In this document: positions 26,778-38,880 of the stretch, in pieces
Position numbering within the stretch: position 1 is the stretch's first letter
Layout of the letters: every line of letters begins with the position of its first letter
Origin: Octopus vulgaris
Taxonomy: Eukaryota
Reading direction: 5' to 3'
DNA: 64,000 nucleotides
Assembly (NCBI GenBank): GCA_951406725.2
Contig: OX597831.1
Span: 496,001-560,000, forward strand
Made by a program: the position numbers and the translations under genes
The notes under the pieces: model-generated
What the model saw: the letters and a program-made list of their open reading frames with translations, nothing else
Databases searched by the model: none
Told to the model about the DNA's origin: nothing

Positions 26778-27071
26778 TATTAAGTTGTCAGAGTAAATCT
26801 TCAACTTGCTATAAATACAAAATAGGTGATACGATATAATTCGGGAAAATCATTGTTGACGTTTTAATGATCATTCTTTCAAAATATAAAAGGAAAATAA
26901 AATGCACTTAAACACATATACATACAGGCAACCAACCACACAGAGACAATGTGGTGCTGCAGGAAACCTGGCTGCAGTTACTAAGATGAAACCATTAGAA
27001 GACTCCGAGTGCAAATATGTATGTGAAAGTGGGCAGTGGCAATTTGAATGGGGTGGGTGTACACAAAATGA

Positions 27072-27103
<32 letters not shown>

Positions 27104-28839
27104 GTATATTGAAATGGAGGGAGACAGCATTACTACTACGAATATGTAAACTGACCTGCTGAATCCCATCCGAACAAGAGAAGAAAATTCCATGGTTCAT
27201 CAAGACATAGGTGTCGAATATTCAACTGGAGTGCAGTTTCCATGGTGTCTTTGCAGAACAAGTTAAGAGGACAGCCGTCTCGCTGCACAGAGTGAAGAGC
27301 CAGCCAGTTTGAGTCAAGCTAATTTGACAGCGACACAAGGTGAGGTTTTTCAATAAAGCTGGCTATTTTGTCGACTGATAGTAGATAGGTAGAGCACCTT
27401 TGATGGATGGATATAGAGTGGAGACAGCTGAGGATTTATATATATATATATAGTGATCATCGAAACAGAATGAATATACACTCAGTCTTACACACACACA
27501 CACTGATAAAATAAAATACACACAAAAACATATAGATACATACATGCAAATACACTACACAAATATGCATGTATATATATATATATATATATATTCTCCC
27601 TTGTTTATAGGCATACACGTGGCTGTGTGGTAAGAAGCTTGCTTTTCAACTACTTGGTTCCAGGTTCGGTGGCACCTTAGGCATATGCCTGCTACTATAG
27701 CCTTGGGCTGACCAAAGCCTTGTGAGTGGATTTGGTAAATGGAAACTGAAAGAATGCTGTCGTATATATATATAGATATGTGTGTCTGGGGTCAATTTAT
27801 TCAACATGACCACAGTAAAATGAATGAAACAAGGAAAAGAATAAAAGAATATATATATATATACATATAGACACAAAAATACACTTATAAATATGCCATA
27901 CACACACACACACATATATGTGCTACATATAATACTCTGCCATCATTATGATGATGATGATGATCATCATCATCATAAGTCCATTTTTCCATTCTGACAT
28001 TAATTTGATGTATCTTTCCATATCATGGCAATTTATTGTAGTCTTTTGTCATCTAGTATCTGGCAGCACAGAAAATTGGCCATCCTTGTGGCTTATGTTA
28101 TAGTTTTAGCCTCGTCTGGCACCTGTGTCAGTGGCACATAAAATCACCCACTACACTCTCGGAGTGGTTGGCGTTAGGAAGGGCATCCAGCTGTAGAAAC
28201 ACTGCCAGATCTGACTGGCCTGGTGCAGCCTTCGGGCTTCCCAGACCCCAGTTGAACCGTCCAACCCATGCTAGCATGGAAAGCAGACGTTAAACGATGA
28301 TGATGATGCCCTTCCCATACTGTAAAGTGGGCTGGGTGCATTTTATTGGGCCACTGGGTACAAGAAAAAATAGCTGCAGCTGGACCAGAGTTGCTCTACC
28401 CAGAATAAGTATTTATATTCAGAATTAGTGCTCTCCTAGAAAGATTGCCTCCTCACCTGGGGTTGTTTTCAAAATATCCATAACTACCCACTTTGTTTCT
28501 TCCCATTTTTGACTTATTTTGTGTGTGTGTGTGTGTATATATTGAAATGCAAGTTAGATAGTACATACACATCATAATTATATGTACATTATATATATAT
28601 ATATACCAAATTAATAAATAAAACAAATGCATATATACATACATATATGTACGTACCTACATCTACATGTATATATACATGCATATATGGGTATAGGACA
28701 CCAAAAAAAAACGTTAAACACAATGAGAAACAAAAACATAAACACAAAACCAAGGAACTGGACATTTTTCTTAAACAACGAAAAAATAGAGTACAGGACA
28801 AATAATATATATATATATATATATATACATACATACACA

Positions 28840-29203
28840 CGGGTGGCCCAGTGGTTAGGGCAGCGGACTCACGGTCGGAGGATCGCGGTTTCGATTCCCA
28901 GACCAGGCATTGTGAGTGTTTATTGAGCGAAAACACCTAAAGCTCCACGAGGCTCCGGCAGGGGGTGGTGGTGAACTCTGCTGTACTCTTTCACCACAAC
29001 TTTCTTCCTGTTTCTCTTGTACCTGTATTTCAAAGGGCCAGCCTTGTCACATTCTGTGTGTCACGCTGAATCTCCTCGAGAACTACGTTAAGGGTACACG
29101 TGTCTGTGGAGTGCTCAGCCACTTGCACGTTAATATCACGAGCAAGCTGTTCCGTTGATCGTATCAGCTGGGACCCTCATCGTCGCAACCGACGGAGTGC
29201 TCC
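28840..29203 (+). mobile_element. SINE family D (tRNA-Arg-like head), tail type 1
   Basis: gtggcccagtggttagggcagcggactcacggtcggaggatcgcggtttcgattcccagacc head with A and B boxes; head shared with 60320-60618. Confidence 0.85.
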
Positions 29204-29666
29204 TTTATATATACACACATATGAAATTATGATAATTTCAATATCATGATTAGCGAAAGCGAAACAGGTCTCTTTCACTTATAAAATATAAATTGTGTGC
29301 ATTTTCCTTCTTTTATTTTGTATATATATCACTACACTCATGGAGTGGTTGGCGTTAGGAAGGGCATCCAGCTGTAGAAACACTGCCAGATCTGACTGGC
29401 CTGGTGCAGCCTTCGGGCTTCCCAGTTGAACCGTCCAACCCATGCTAGCATGGAAAGCGGACGTTAAATGATGATGATGATGATGATATATATATATATA
29501 TATATATACGTATATTTAGAATGTAAGGGGTTTAGCTCATTTGTGATCTAAACGAATAAGTATGTTGGGTAAGTGCTATAGTTGGTCGATCTTTAGGTTC
29601 CAAGATCACAACTAAAGCTGGGTTTAGGGACCTGTGTTAGGGTTCCGTTATAGTATGTATATATTG

Positions 29667-30580
29667 TATTAGAGTAAAAATCAAAACCGAGGCAGAACAA
29701 GTCTCTCAAGTCATTTAGAGTAATTTAATTGGGGTAAGGTGAATTTGAAGTCTTACAGTTATTTCTGGGATAACCCAAGTAGTTGGCTAGCATATCTGTG
29801 CATGGGTGTTCCGTCATCAGACACGGCATGAATATTTTGGACGAGGAAAAATAAAATTCACAGTTTATAAGGAATAAAATAGTAAAACAGTGATGCATAT
29901 GCTCTTGGAAAAGATAAGTTGTTAACATTCTTCTCTTTTAGTCTTTTACTTGTTTCAGTCATTTGACTGCGGCCATGCTGGAGGACCGCCTTTAGTCGAG
30001 CAAATCGATCCCGGGACTTATTCTTTGTAAGCCCAGTACTTATCCTATCGGTCTCTTTTGCCGAACCGCTAAGTGACGGGGACGTAAACACACCAGCATC
30101 GGTTGTCAAGCAATGCTAGGGGGAGAAACACAGACACACAAACACACACACACATATATATATATATACGACAGGCTTCTTTCAGTTTCCGTCTACCAAA
30201 TCCACTGGCACAAGGCATTGGTCGGCCCGGGGCTATAGCAGAAGACACTTGCCCTAGATGCCACGCAGTGGGACTGAACCTGGAACCATGTGGTTGGTAG
30301 CAAGGTACTTACCACACAGCCACTCCTGCATATATTCTTCTAACAACTTTTATTCTTTATAAACTGTGAATTTTATTTCTTGTAAATTGTAAATTTTCCC
30401 TGTCTAAAATATTCATACCATGTCTTTGATGACAGAATACCCAGTGCACAGATATGCTAACCAACCACTTGGGTTATCTCAGAAACAGCTAAATGACTTC
30501 AAATTCACCTTGCCCTAAAGAAATTATTCTAAATGTCTTGAGATGCTTGTTCTGCCTTGGTTTTGATTTTGCCACTAATA
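29667..30580. repeat. Long fold-back (inverted repeat) element with arms of about 220 bp and a SINE A in the spacer
   Basis: 29667-29880 aligns to the reverse complement of about 30345-30580 (aaaatcaaaacc.aggcagaacaag..aaggtgaatttgaagtc..gataacccaagt.gttgg.tagcatatctgtgca..aataaaattcacagtttataa). Confidence 0.9.
29931..30329 (-). mobile_element. SINE family A, young full-length copy
   Basis: Consensus match; sits between the fold-back arms. Confidence 0.95.
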
Positions 30581-30584
30581 TATC

Positions 30585-30803
30585 AGCAAGCTGGCAGAAT
30601 TGTTAGCACGCCGGACGAAATGCCTAGTAGTATTTCGTCTGCCGCTACATTCTGAGTTCAAATTCCGGTGAAGTTGACTTTGCCTTTCATCCTTTTCGGG
30701 GTCGATTAAATAAGTACTAGTTACACACTGTGGTCGATGTAATCGACTTAATCCCTTTGTTTGTCCTATCTATGTTTAGCCCCCTGTGGACAATAAATAA
30801 ATA
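30585..30803 (+). mobile_element. SINE family B, older subfamily
   Basis: gctggcagaattgttagcacgccgg..gagttcaaattcc..gactttgcctttcatcc..ggggtcgat..tttagcccc..caataaa. Confidence 0.9.
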
Positions 30804-30826
30804 ATATATATATATATATATGTATG

Positions 30827-31049
30827 TAAATCTTTTTAGGAATGGTGAATCTTGAAGCAGATAAAGCTATAAATAACAGCATGTAAATATTAATTAAAAA
30901 TCCTTTTGGCTGAAAAAAGCCAAAGGCTGCTCATGATACTTGAACCCATATCTCCTGTAAACAGGTTTACTTTTTCTATCCAAAGGGTATTTTAACCCAA
31001 TATTTACAGCTTTATTTGCTTCAAGATTCACTCTCCCAAAGAAAATTTA
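30827..31049. repeat. Palindromic MITE-like element
   Basis: gtgaatcttgaagca.ataaagct..gtaaatatt..cctttt?gg..gaaaaa arm matches the reverse complement of 30969-31049. Confidence 0.8.
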
Positions 31050-31089
31050 TTTCCTGCTCTTAAAGTTTCTAAATTCTCATATCATCAAA

Positions 31090-31468
31090 AACAACTGGCC
31101 TCCGTGCCGTGGGCACGTAACAAACACCATCCGATCGTAGCCGTTCGCCAGCCTCGTCTGGCACCTGTGTCGGTGGCACATAAGAAAAACACCATATCCG
31201 AGCGTGGCCGTCTGCCAGCCTCGTCTGGCACCTTTGTTGGTGGCACATAAAAACACCATCCGAGCGTGGCCGTCTGGCACCTGTGTCGGTGGCACATAAA
31301 ATCACCCACTACACTCTCGGAGTGGTTGGTGTTAGGAAGGGCATCCAGCTGTAGAAACACTGCCAGATCTGACTGGCCTGGTGTAGCCTTCGGGCTTGCC
31401 AGACCCCAGTTGAACCGTCCAACCCATGCTAGCATGGAAAGCGGACGTTAAACGATGATGATGATGAT
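31090..31468 (+). mobile_element. SINE family C with about three tandem ~60-bp units in its 5' part
   Basis: Repeated ggcacataa..aacaccat.cgagcgtggccgtctg..tggcacct.tgt.ggt units, then the family C body and (GAT)n. Confidence 0.88.
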
Positions 31469-31799
31469 AGACCATACGCATGCACACACACACACCTTTC
31501 TATTGTTTTCCTTTTTTAAACTGCGGTTATCTATTGGCTGCAACTCCTGACAGACTTGTCACTGTCGTTTTGGTGATGGAGCAGGGTCTAAACTTAGAAT
31601 CTTAGAGGATTTTAAGAATTCTATGCATCCACTGCCCTGGACTGGTACTTTTCTATTGATCCCGAGAGAATGAAATTCACAGCATGACCTTGTTGGGATT
31701 TGAAATTGGAATGTAGAAAATCAAAACAAATACTGTAAGGCATTCTATCCAACACTTCTATTTTTTAATGTTGGCGAAGATAGAAAGGCCCAAATCTAA

Positions 31800-32212
31800 T
31801 TTCTTTATTGCCCACAAGAGGCTAAACATAGAGGGGACAAACAGGAACAGACAAAGGGATTAAGTCAATTACATTGACCCCAGTGCGTAACTGGTACTTA
31901 ATTTATCGACCCCAAAAGGATGAAAGGCAAAGTCGACCTCGGCGGAATTTGAACTCAGAATGTAGCGGTAAACGAAATACCTATTTCTTTATTACCCACA
32001 AGGGGCTAAACATAGAGGGGACAAACAAGGACAGACATAGGTATTAAGTCGATTACATCGACCCCAGTGCGTAACTTGTACTTAATTTATCGACTCCAAA
32101 AGGATGAAAGGCAAAGTCGACCTCGGCGGAATTTGAACTCAGAACGCAACGGCAGACGAAATACCGCTAAGCATTTCGCCCAGCACACTAACGTTTCCTC
32201 CAGCTTGCTACC
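31800..32212 (-). mobile_element. Two nested/tandem SINE B copies
   Basis: 31800-31981 and 31982-32212 both read tttctttatt.cccacaag.ggctaaacatagaggggacaaac..aggatgaaaggcaaagtcgacctcggcggaatttgaactcagaa. Confidence 0.92.
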
Positions 32213-32745
32213 TTTTAGGCAAATATATATAGAAAGGCCCAGTTCCAGCGTATACGTTCTCGTCTGGATCCCTTGTTATCTCATTCACAATGTTTAGCAT
32301 CAACATCATCATCAGGCTCCTTTCATCTTTGGTAGTTTGATCTTTCTTCACCTACCTTTCATCCTTCAAGTGTATCCCATGTCCCTATTAGTGCAGTCTT
32401 GTCTCTTGTACACAATGGATGATTTCTGGAATGTCTATTTTCTCTCTTTGTTCACTCATGCTCCACTGTTCCATGCAATCTTTTATTCTATTATTTGTTT
32501 CAGTCATTTGACTGTGGCCATGCCCCAGGACTTATTCTTTCTAAACCTAGTACTTATTCTCTCATTTTCTTGTTGCTGAACCACTAAGTTACAGGGATGT
32601 AAACACACCAACATTGGTTGTCAGACAATGGTGGTGGGACAAACACAGATACATACACACACAAATACATACTTTTTTTTTTTTTTCCTCTAGTTTCAGC
32701 TCAGAGCTGTGGCCATGCTGATGCACCGCCGTAAATTTGTTTAAT

Positions 32746-32819
32746 CGTCCTTGGGTTGGCTTGAACCACCAACCGTTCGGTTAACATCTGAACATGCTAA
32801 CCGATTGCGCCACAGAGAC
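32746..32819 (-). pseudogene. tRNA-Asn(GTT) pseudogene / retrocopy
   Basis: Minus strand gtctctgtggcgcaatcggttagcatgttcagatGTTaaccgaacggttggtggttcaagccaacccaaggacg is the conserved metazoan tRNA-Asn with substitutions that break D, anticodon and T stem pairs. Confidence 0.88.
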
Positions 32820-35493
32820 TCCTCGCATATATGAGATGGGTTTCTTTCAGTTTCCATGTACCAAATCCGAGGATATAGTAAAACAATACTTGTCTGAGGT
32901 GCCACACAGTGGGACTGAACCTGGAACCATTTGTTTGGGAAGCAAGCTTCTTACCACACAGCCATGCATGCTGACATTACATTAACAGTGTATATATATA
33001 TTTGCCTAATTTCTTAGTGTTTATATTTCACTACCATGCAACCATCTCACTCTGTAATCAAGCATTATATGGTCTGCCCCTTAACACGAAGAGAGAAAAA
33101 CTTCACTCACAAAGTGAAACAACAGTTCACTAAATGCTTTCTACCCTGTCCTAATTCTAGTTACTATGTCATAGCACCTACTTTTAAACTGCTAAATAGG
33201 TCATATAGGTAACAGGTGTCATCTATCAGAGCCTCCTGGGCAGTCGAAAGATTGTGTTCCATGAGTGCTCTTAAAACTAAGTACTCCTGCTCATCTGCTA
33301 CATATGTAGTAGTCCTTCTTTTCGGGTTGTCTGTCTGAAATTTAATAGTACTTCTGCCCCTTTAACACATTGCATGCACAATATAGAGTTCCTAATCAGT
33401 TGTTGTTTTGTTTACAAGCTGAGCACAGAGTTCTATAATTACTCTTACTAAAATTTTTGACTTCATTAGATTGATTTTTTTACCTCCTCAACCCTGGAAC
33501 TTTTCCTCTAATTCATTGAGTGATATGGTTATGAGAAGTAGTTCAGCAATATGTAGGAGCATCCACTGACAATAGGCCTTAAATTCTGCTATTATGGTCT
33601 GATAAACCATAATAAGCAAAAGTGGGAGAAGTTTGAGAACTGAGGTCTCATAGACACCTATCTGCATGCTAAATTTTTTTAATGAACTATTTTGTTAACT
33701 TTCTTTTTGCTGATCAGTATTTCTGTTGATAGCTTGCATGACTCTCACAAACCATTCATCTACTCCCAGTTTTCTTAGTGACTACCAAATTACAGGGTGT
33801 GTTAGCCTACCAACAGTTTTCTCCAGGTCAACAGATATTAACTTTTGGATGAGAATTTCTTCTGTATCTGTCTCATGAAAAATAAGGCACTAGTAGATCC
33901 TTGCATCTCAAGCTAATTCATCAGTTTGATAGCCCATGTAACGAAAGTAATGGACAAAGTTATATTGTAACTGTCCCATAAGTTTCATACACTTCCTTTG
34001 CAATGTCGCTATGTTTGCCAGTCATTGGAGATAACACAACCTCGCACTATTTGTTTGACTATGCAAGTGACCAGCATGTACCTTACTTCACTAGATATTT
34101 TCAATATTCCAGTGATTACCCTTGATAATCTTGCTGCTTTCCCAGTTTGGAGTATATAACTTTTACTAAAAGAAAGCAATTATTTAAAGTCTACACAGTC
34201 TCAAAAATTCTTATAAATTCCAATTTTAATGTTTTTATCAAAATGTGGTTTTCAAAATTCTTTTATGACTGAAGATTTCATCTCCACAATTCATTCACAA
34301 AAACTAACCTTTATTCACTGCAAGATGGTGTTTTTTTGCACCACCATCCATGATAGGGAATCAAAATGGAGTGCTGTCAGAGTGAAATGAAAATATACAG
34401 ACACATTTGGGTTTAGACATGGGACATAAAAGTTAACAATACACATAATTAGGGTTTTTATTTATTTGTTTGAAGCTGATGATTTAGTGGGTGACTAACA
34501 CAAATTTCTTTGCTTGTGAGCAAGTCATTTGTTCCTGGGACAAAGAACTGAAGAATGCCTGCATCAAATTTGAACAGGTATATATATATATATACATTCA
34601 AACCTTTGGTTTAATGTATGTTGTTTTTCCATGCAAGTATGAAATATATTTAATGAATAAATTAATGAGGCATTGTTTTACAGCCAGATGCCCATCATTA
34701 TTTGTTTTTGAAGTAAGGGTTCCGTTATTTAATATTTTTTGAACATGTAAAGTCAGTGGATAACTTGTTCATAAGTGACAACATTTCTTATACTTCGGGT
34801 CTTTTGTAACCTACAAATGTAAACACACAAATATACATATATAGCTGCACATATCCTTATAATGCACAAGCATGGTGGGAAGGTTAAAAAGTTTTATTCC
34901 TAAACACATGACTTCAAGTTCAGTCTCACTGCATGGCATCACGAGCAAGTGTCTTCTTCTATAGCCCTGGGTTGACCAAAGCCTTATGAGAGGACTCAGT
35001 ACACAGAATCTAAAAGAAGGCCATTGTATATGTCTGCTTGTGTTTCCTTGTTTTGAGATTGTGCAAGCAGTGTCCTTTGTTTCCAGTCTTCCAAGAAAAC
35101 ATGTCCGGCCATGGAGAAATATAAGTTTGCTTGGAAACGAGTGAGGATTGGTGAGAGGAAGGGCATTTGTCCATAAAAAAATGTTTGAATGAATTTTGTC
35201 TTACCTGTACTAGCACAGAAAAGTGGGCATTAAAATGACAATACACACACACCATATATAATTAACTAAGTGAGTGAAATTTGATGCTGAAAGAAGATCT
35301 ATATGTAACAAATAATCATTTGTCATACAGCATGTCTCAGAAGGAAGTATAGTTGATCTATCATATTTTAGAGTACTCTAATACATATTTTATCAACCCC
35401 AGAAGAAAGGATGGACAGAGCAAATGTAATCTGTATAGTATTTGAAATTACTGAGGGAGAGAGCTGTGGAAGTAAATATTGTATAAGACATGT

Positions 35494-36099
35494 TTAATAC
35501 TTTAGTATTCAGATCATTCTGTCAAATGTAATGCTTTTCATTCACATTGGTTTTAATTAATCATGCATTACAGGCGCAGGCAAGGCTGTGTGGTAAGTAG
35601 CTTGTTTACCAACCACATGGTTCCGGGTTCGGTCCCACTGCGTGGCACCTTGGGCAAGTGTCTTCTACTATAACCTTGGGCCGACCAAAGCCTTGTGAGT
35701 GGATTTGGTAGACGGAAACTGAAAGAAGCCCGTCGTATATATGTATATATATATGTGTGCGTGTATGTTTGTGTTTGTCCCCCTAGCATTGCTTGACAAC
35801 TGATGCTGGTGTGTTTATGTCCCCGTCACTTAGCGGTTCGGCAAAAGAGACCGATAGAATAAGTACTGGGCTTACAAAGAATAAGTCCCGGGATCGAGTT
35901 GCTCGATTAAAGGCGGTGCTCCAGCATGGCCGCAGTCAAATGACTGAAACAAGTAAAAGAGTAAAAGAGTAAAGAGTATTACTCTGTAGCTTGGAAATTA
36001 TGATGATGTAGTTGTATATTTTATAATAGCACCAAAGGGCTGATGTGATAAGCTGGATCTGACAGGCTATGATGGCTGGTTTAAATGCTACAGCATTAA
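35494..36099. mobile_element. Degenerate TTAA-flanked MITE split by a SINE A
   Basis: ttaa-tactttagtattc ... aaatgctacagca-ttaa ends (weak TIR); SINE A inserted at about 35572. Confidence 0.45.
35572..35977 (+). mobile_element. SINE family A, young full-length copy
   Basis: Consensus match with (AAAGAGT)n tail; possible short TSD attac. Confidence 0.95.
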
Positions 36100-36379
36100 G
36101 TCCCATGATGTGCTAGTGTTTGTTTAGATGCCGTATTTGCTGTTTCGTATAAAACACAAAAGAAAACAATATAAAAACAACTTTAAATTTTATTTCAAAA
36201 TAAGAAATGCATATGTGTGTGTAAAGTCAAGAAGCTTGCTTTTGCAACCATGTGGTTTCAGGTTTAGTCCCACAACACGGCACCTGGGACAAGTATCTTC
36301 CACTATCGCTGCAGGCTGATCAATGCCTTATGAATGAATTTGGTAGATAGAGACTGTGTGAAATGTTATCGTGTATGTA

Positions 36380-36410
<31 letters not shown>

Positions 36411-36449
36411 GATTGATTGATTGATTCTAGTTTCAGCTCATGAGCTGTG

Positions 36450-36480
<31 letters not shown>

Positions 36481-36878
36481 TCTTTTCTTTTCTTTTACTT
36501 GTTTCAGTCATTTGACTGCGGCCATGCTGGAGCACCATCTTTAGTCGAGCAAATCAACCCCGGGACTTATTCTTTGTAAGCCCAGTACTTATTCTATCGG
36601 TCTCTTTTGCCGAACCGCTAAGTGACGGGGAAGTAAACACACCAGCATCGGTTGTCAAGCAATGCTAGTGGGACAAACACAGACATACACATATATATAT
36701 ATATATACATATATACGACAGGCTTCTTTCAGTTTCCGTCTACCAAATCCACTCACAAGGCATTGGTCGGCCCGGGGCTATAGCAGAAGACACTTGCCCA
36801 AGATGCCACCCAGTGGGACTGAACCCGGAACTATGTGGTTGGTTAGCAAGCTACTTACCACACAGCCACTCCTGCACC
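36481..36878 (-). mobile_element. SINE family A, young full-length copy
   Basis: Consensus match, inverted relative to 35572-35977. Confidence 0.95.
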
Positions 36879-36899
36879 TATATATATATATATATATAT

Positions 36900-37062
36900 A
36901 ATGGGAAGCTTTATGAAAATAAACAAAAGACGAAGGCAGGTGGAGTACAAACAAACAATTGTAATAGTATGGCGCTCAGGAATATAAATAAAAGAAGTCT
37001 TTTACGTTTCGAGCCTACGCTCTTCAACAGAAAGATACACAGAAAAGAAACACGGAGAGAAT
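36900..37062 (-). mobile_element. Penelope-like terminal repeat fragment with a minimal hammerhead motif (36998-37035)
   Basis: Minus strand tcttt-CTGTTGA-a-gagc(gtag)gctc-GAAA-cg-TA-aaaga; flanked by (TA)n; homologous to 61130-61260. Confidence 0.6.
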
Positions 37063-37379
37063 ATATATATACATATCGCGGAGTGGTTGGCGTTAGGAAG
37101 GGCATCCAGCTGTAGAAACACTGCCAGATCAGACTGGAGCCTGGTGCAGCCTCCCGGCTTCCCAGACCCCGGTCGAACCATCCGACCCGTGCTAGCACGG
37201 AAAACGGTCGTTAAACGATGATGATGATGATGATATATCACCACCATCATCATCAACGTTTTTTTCCATGCTGGCAAGGGTTGAGTGGTTTCACCAGAAC
37301 TGCACCAGGCATGGCATAGTTTCCATGGCTGGAGCCCTTGTTAGCACCAACATGCCACAAAGTGCTTTTTATGTGGCAC

Positions 37380-37530
37380 CAGCACTGGTATCAATTCTGC
37401 TGTGGTGGATGGCTCTTCTTGAGTACAACAAGGCACCAGATATCTCGGTCCTTTGTTACCCCCTTCGTAGGGCTCCATGGCATGTCTTCCAGGGTCTCCC
37501 TCTTCCACAAGTTCCATTCACTTTAAGTGA
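37380..37530 (-). mobile_element. RTE-like LINE C-terminal remnant (similar piece at about 56380-56540)
   Basis: Minus strand encodes KVNGTCGRGRPWKTC, resembling RTE G.RGRGRP.KTW. Confidence 0.55.
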
Positions 37531-37770
37531 TTGGCACACATACACACGTGTGTGTGTGTGTGGTGGTCCACCTCACCACTTGGTAACCAGTATTGGTTAG
37601 TGTACCTACCTGCAGGTTAGCAGTTTGGTAAAAGAGGCTACCAAGATAAGTGCTAGACTTGAAAAAGAAGATTCTGGGGTCAATTTGTTCAACTAAACTT
37701 TCCATGGCAGTACTCCAGCATGCCTGGTAGTCCAATGACTAACACAAGTTATGTATGTGTTGCTATACAT

Positions 37771-37801
<31 letters not shown>

Positions 37802-38419
37802 AAATATAAATAATATATAAATATATGCATATATACATACCTATATGTACATGTATATATACATGCATATATGGGTACAGGACATCAAAAAAATGTAGAC
37901 AAAATTATATATACACATATTTTATATCTATACCTATCTACTTCTCTCTGTAAATATGCGATCATGCTCTCTCAATGAATGTAGTATTTATTTATATTTA
38001 ATAAAATTCAGCTGCAGGTAGATAAGTAATGGGGTTTTTATTCTAGTCTTTCTAAGGTACAAATAATAAAGCAAAAAATTTACACACATCTCTTTGTTTA
38101 AACACTGAAACGAAAAACATGGACGTAAAGAGAAAAGAAGCGAAGCTGGTTGACGGTTTTAAAGGGGAAAAAAACGTCGATTTAATATAAATAAAATTAA
38201 ATAAACAGAAATCGTCTGCTAAGAAGGATTAAATATGGCGCGACCGCCAGAGCAGAAGTTGAAGGTGAAGGACAAAAAAGGAGCACGGGAAGGAAATGGA
38301 AGAGAGAAAACAAGAGAGAGACAATTGAAAGTTGAGGCGGCTTCTACCTTCGCTTCGACTAATAATAAACAAAACTGTATTTACTACAACTACTACTGCA
38401 CTATTCATTATTTTCATAA

Positions 38420-38880
38420 AGGCGTCGAAGAAGTAGAATCCTTAGCACGCCGGGCGAAGTGCTTAGCAGCATTTCGTTTGTCGTTACGTTCTGAGTTCGA
38501 ATTCAGCCGAGGTCGACTTTGCCCTTCATCCTTTCGAAATCGATAAAATAAGTACCTATTTCTTTATTACCCACGAGGGGCTAAACACAGAGGGGACAAA
38601 CAAGGACAGACATAGGTATTAAGTCGATTACATCGACCCCAGAAGTACCAGTTGAGCACGAGGGTCGATGTAATCGACTTAGCTCCTCTCCCGAAATTGC
38701 ACGCCTTGTACCAAAATTTGAAACTTTATCATTATTATTATTATTATTACGAGCCATTGTACATTCCGAGTTCAAATCCCGCCGAAGTCCAACTTTGCCT
38801 TTCATCCATCCGGGGTCAGTATAATAAAGTACGAATCAAGCACTGAGGTCGAAGGTCAATGTAATCGACTAAACTCTCCC
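38420..38880. mobile_element. Cluster of SINE B-related copies; truncated young SINE B (38557-38642, -) inserted in an older one
   Basis: TSD aagtacc at 38550-38556 and 38643-38649. Confidence 0.8.

Noticed and set aside
27257-27339. Exon with good splice signals as a coding exon
   Set aside because: Stops in all three frames between acceptor and donor; at most non-coding
31090-31300. Tandem ~60-bp units resembling a CRISPR array
   Set aside because: No unique spacers, no cas genes, eukaryotic context; part of a SINE C 5' region
32746-32819. Functional tRNA-Asn gene
   Set aside because: Mismatches in D, anticodon and T stems and fusion to a retroposon tail; called as a pseudogene
33000-34200. 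1.2 kb of repeat-free sequence possibly a decayed LINE or exons
   Set aside because: No open frame or motif I could confirm; only vague RT-like hints
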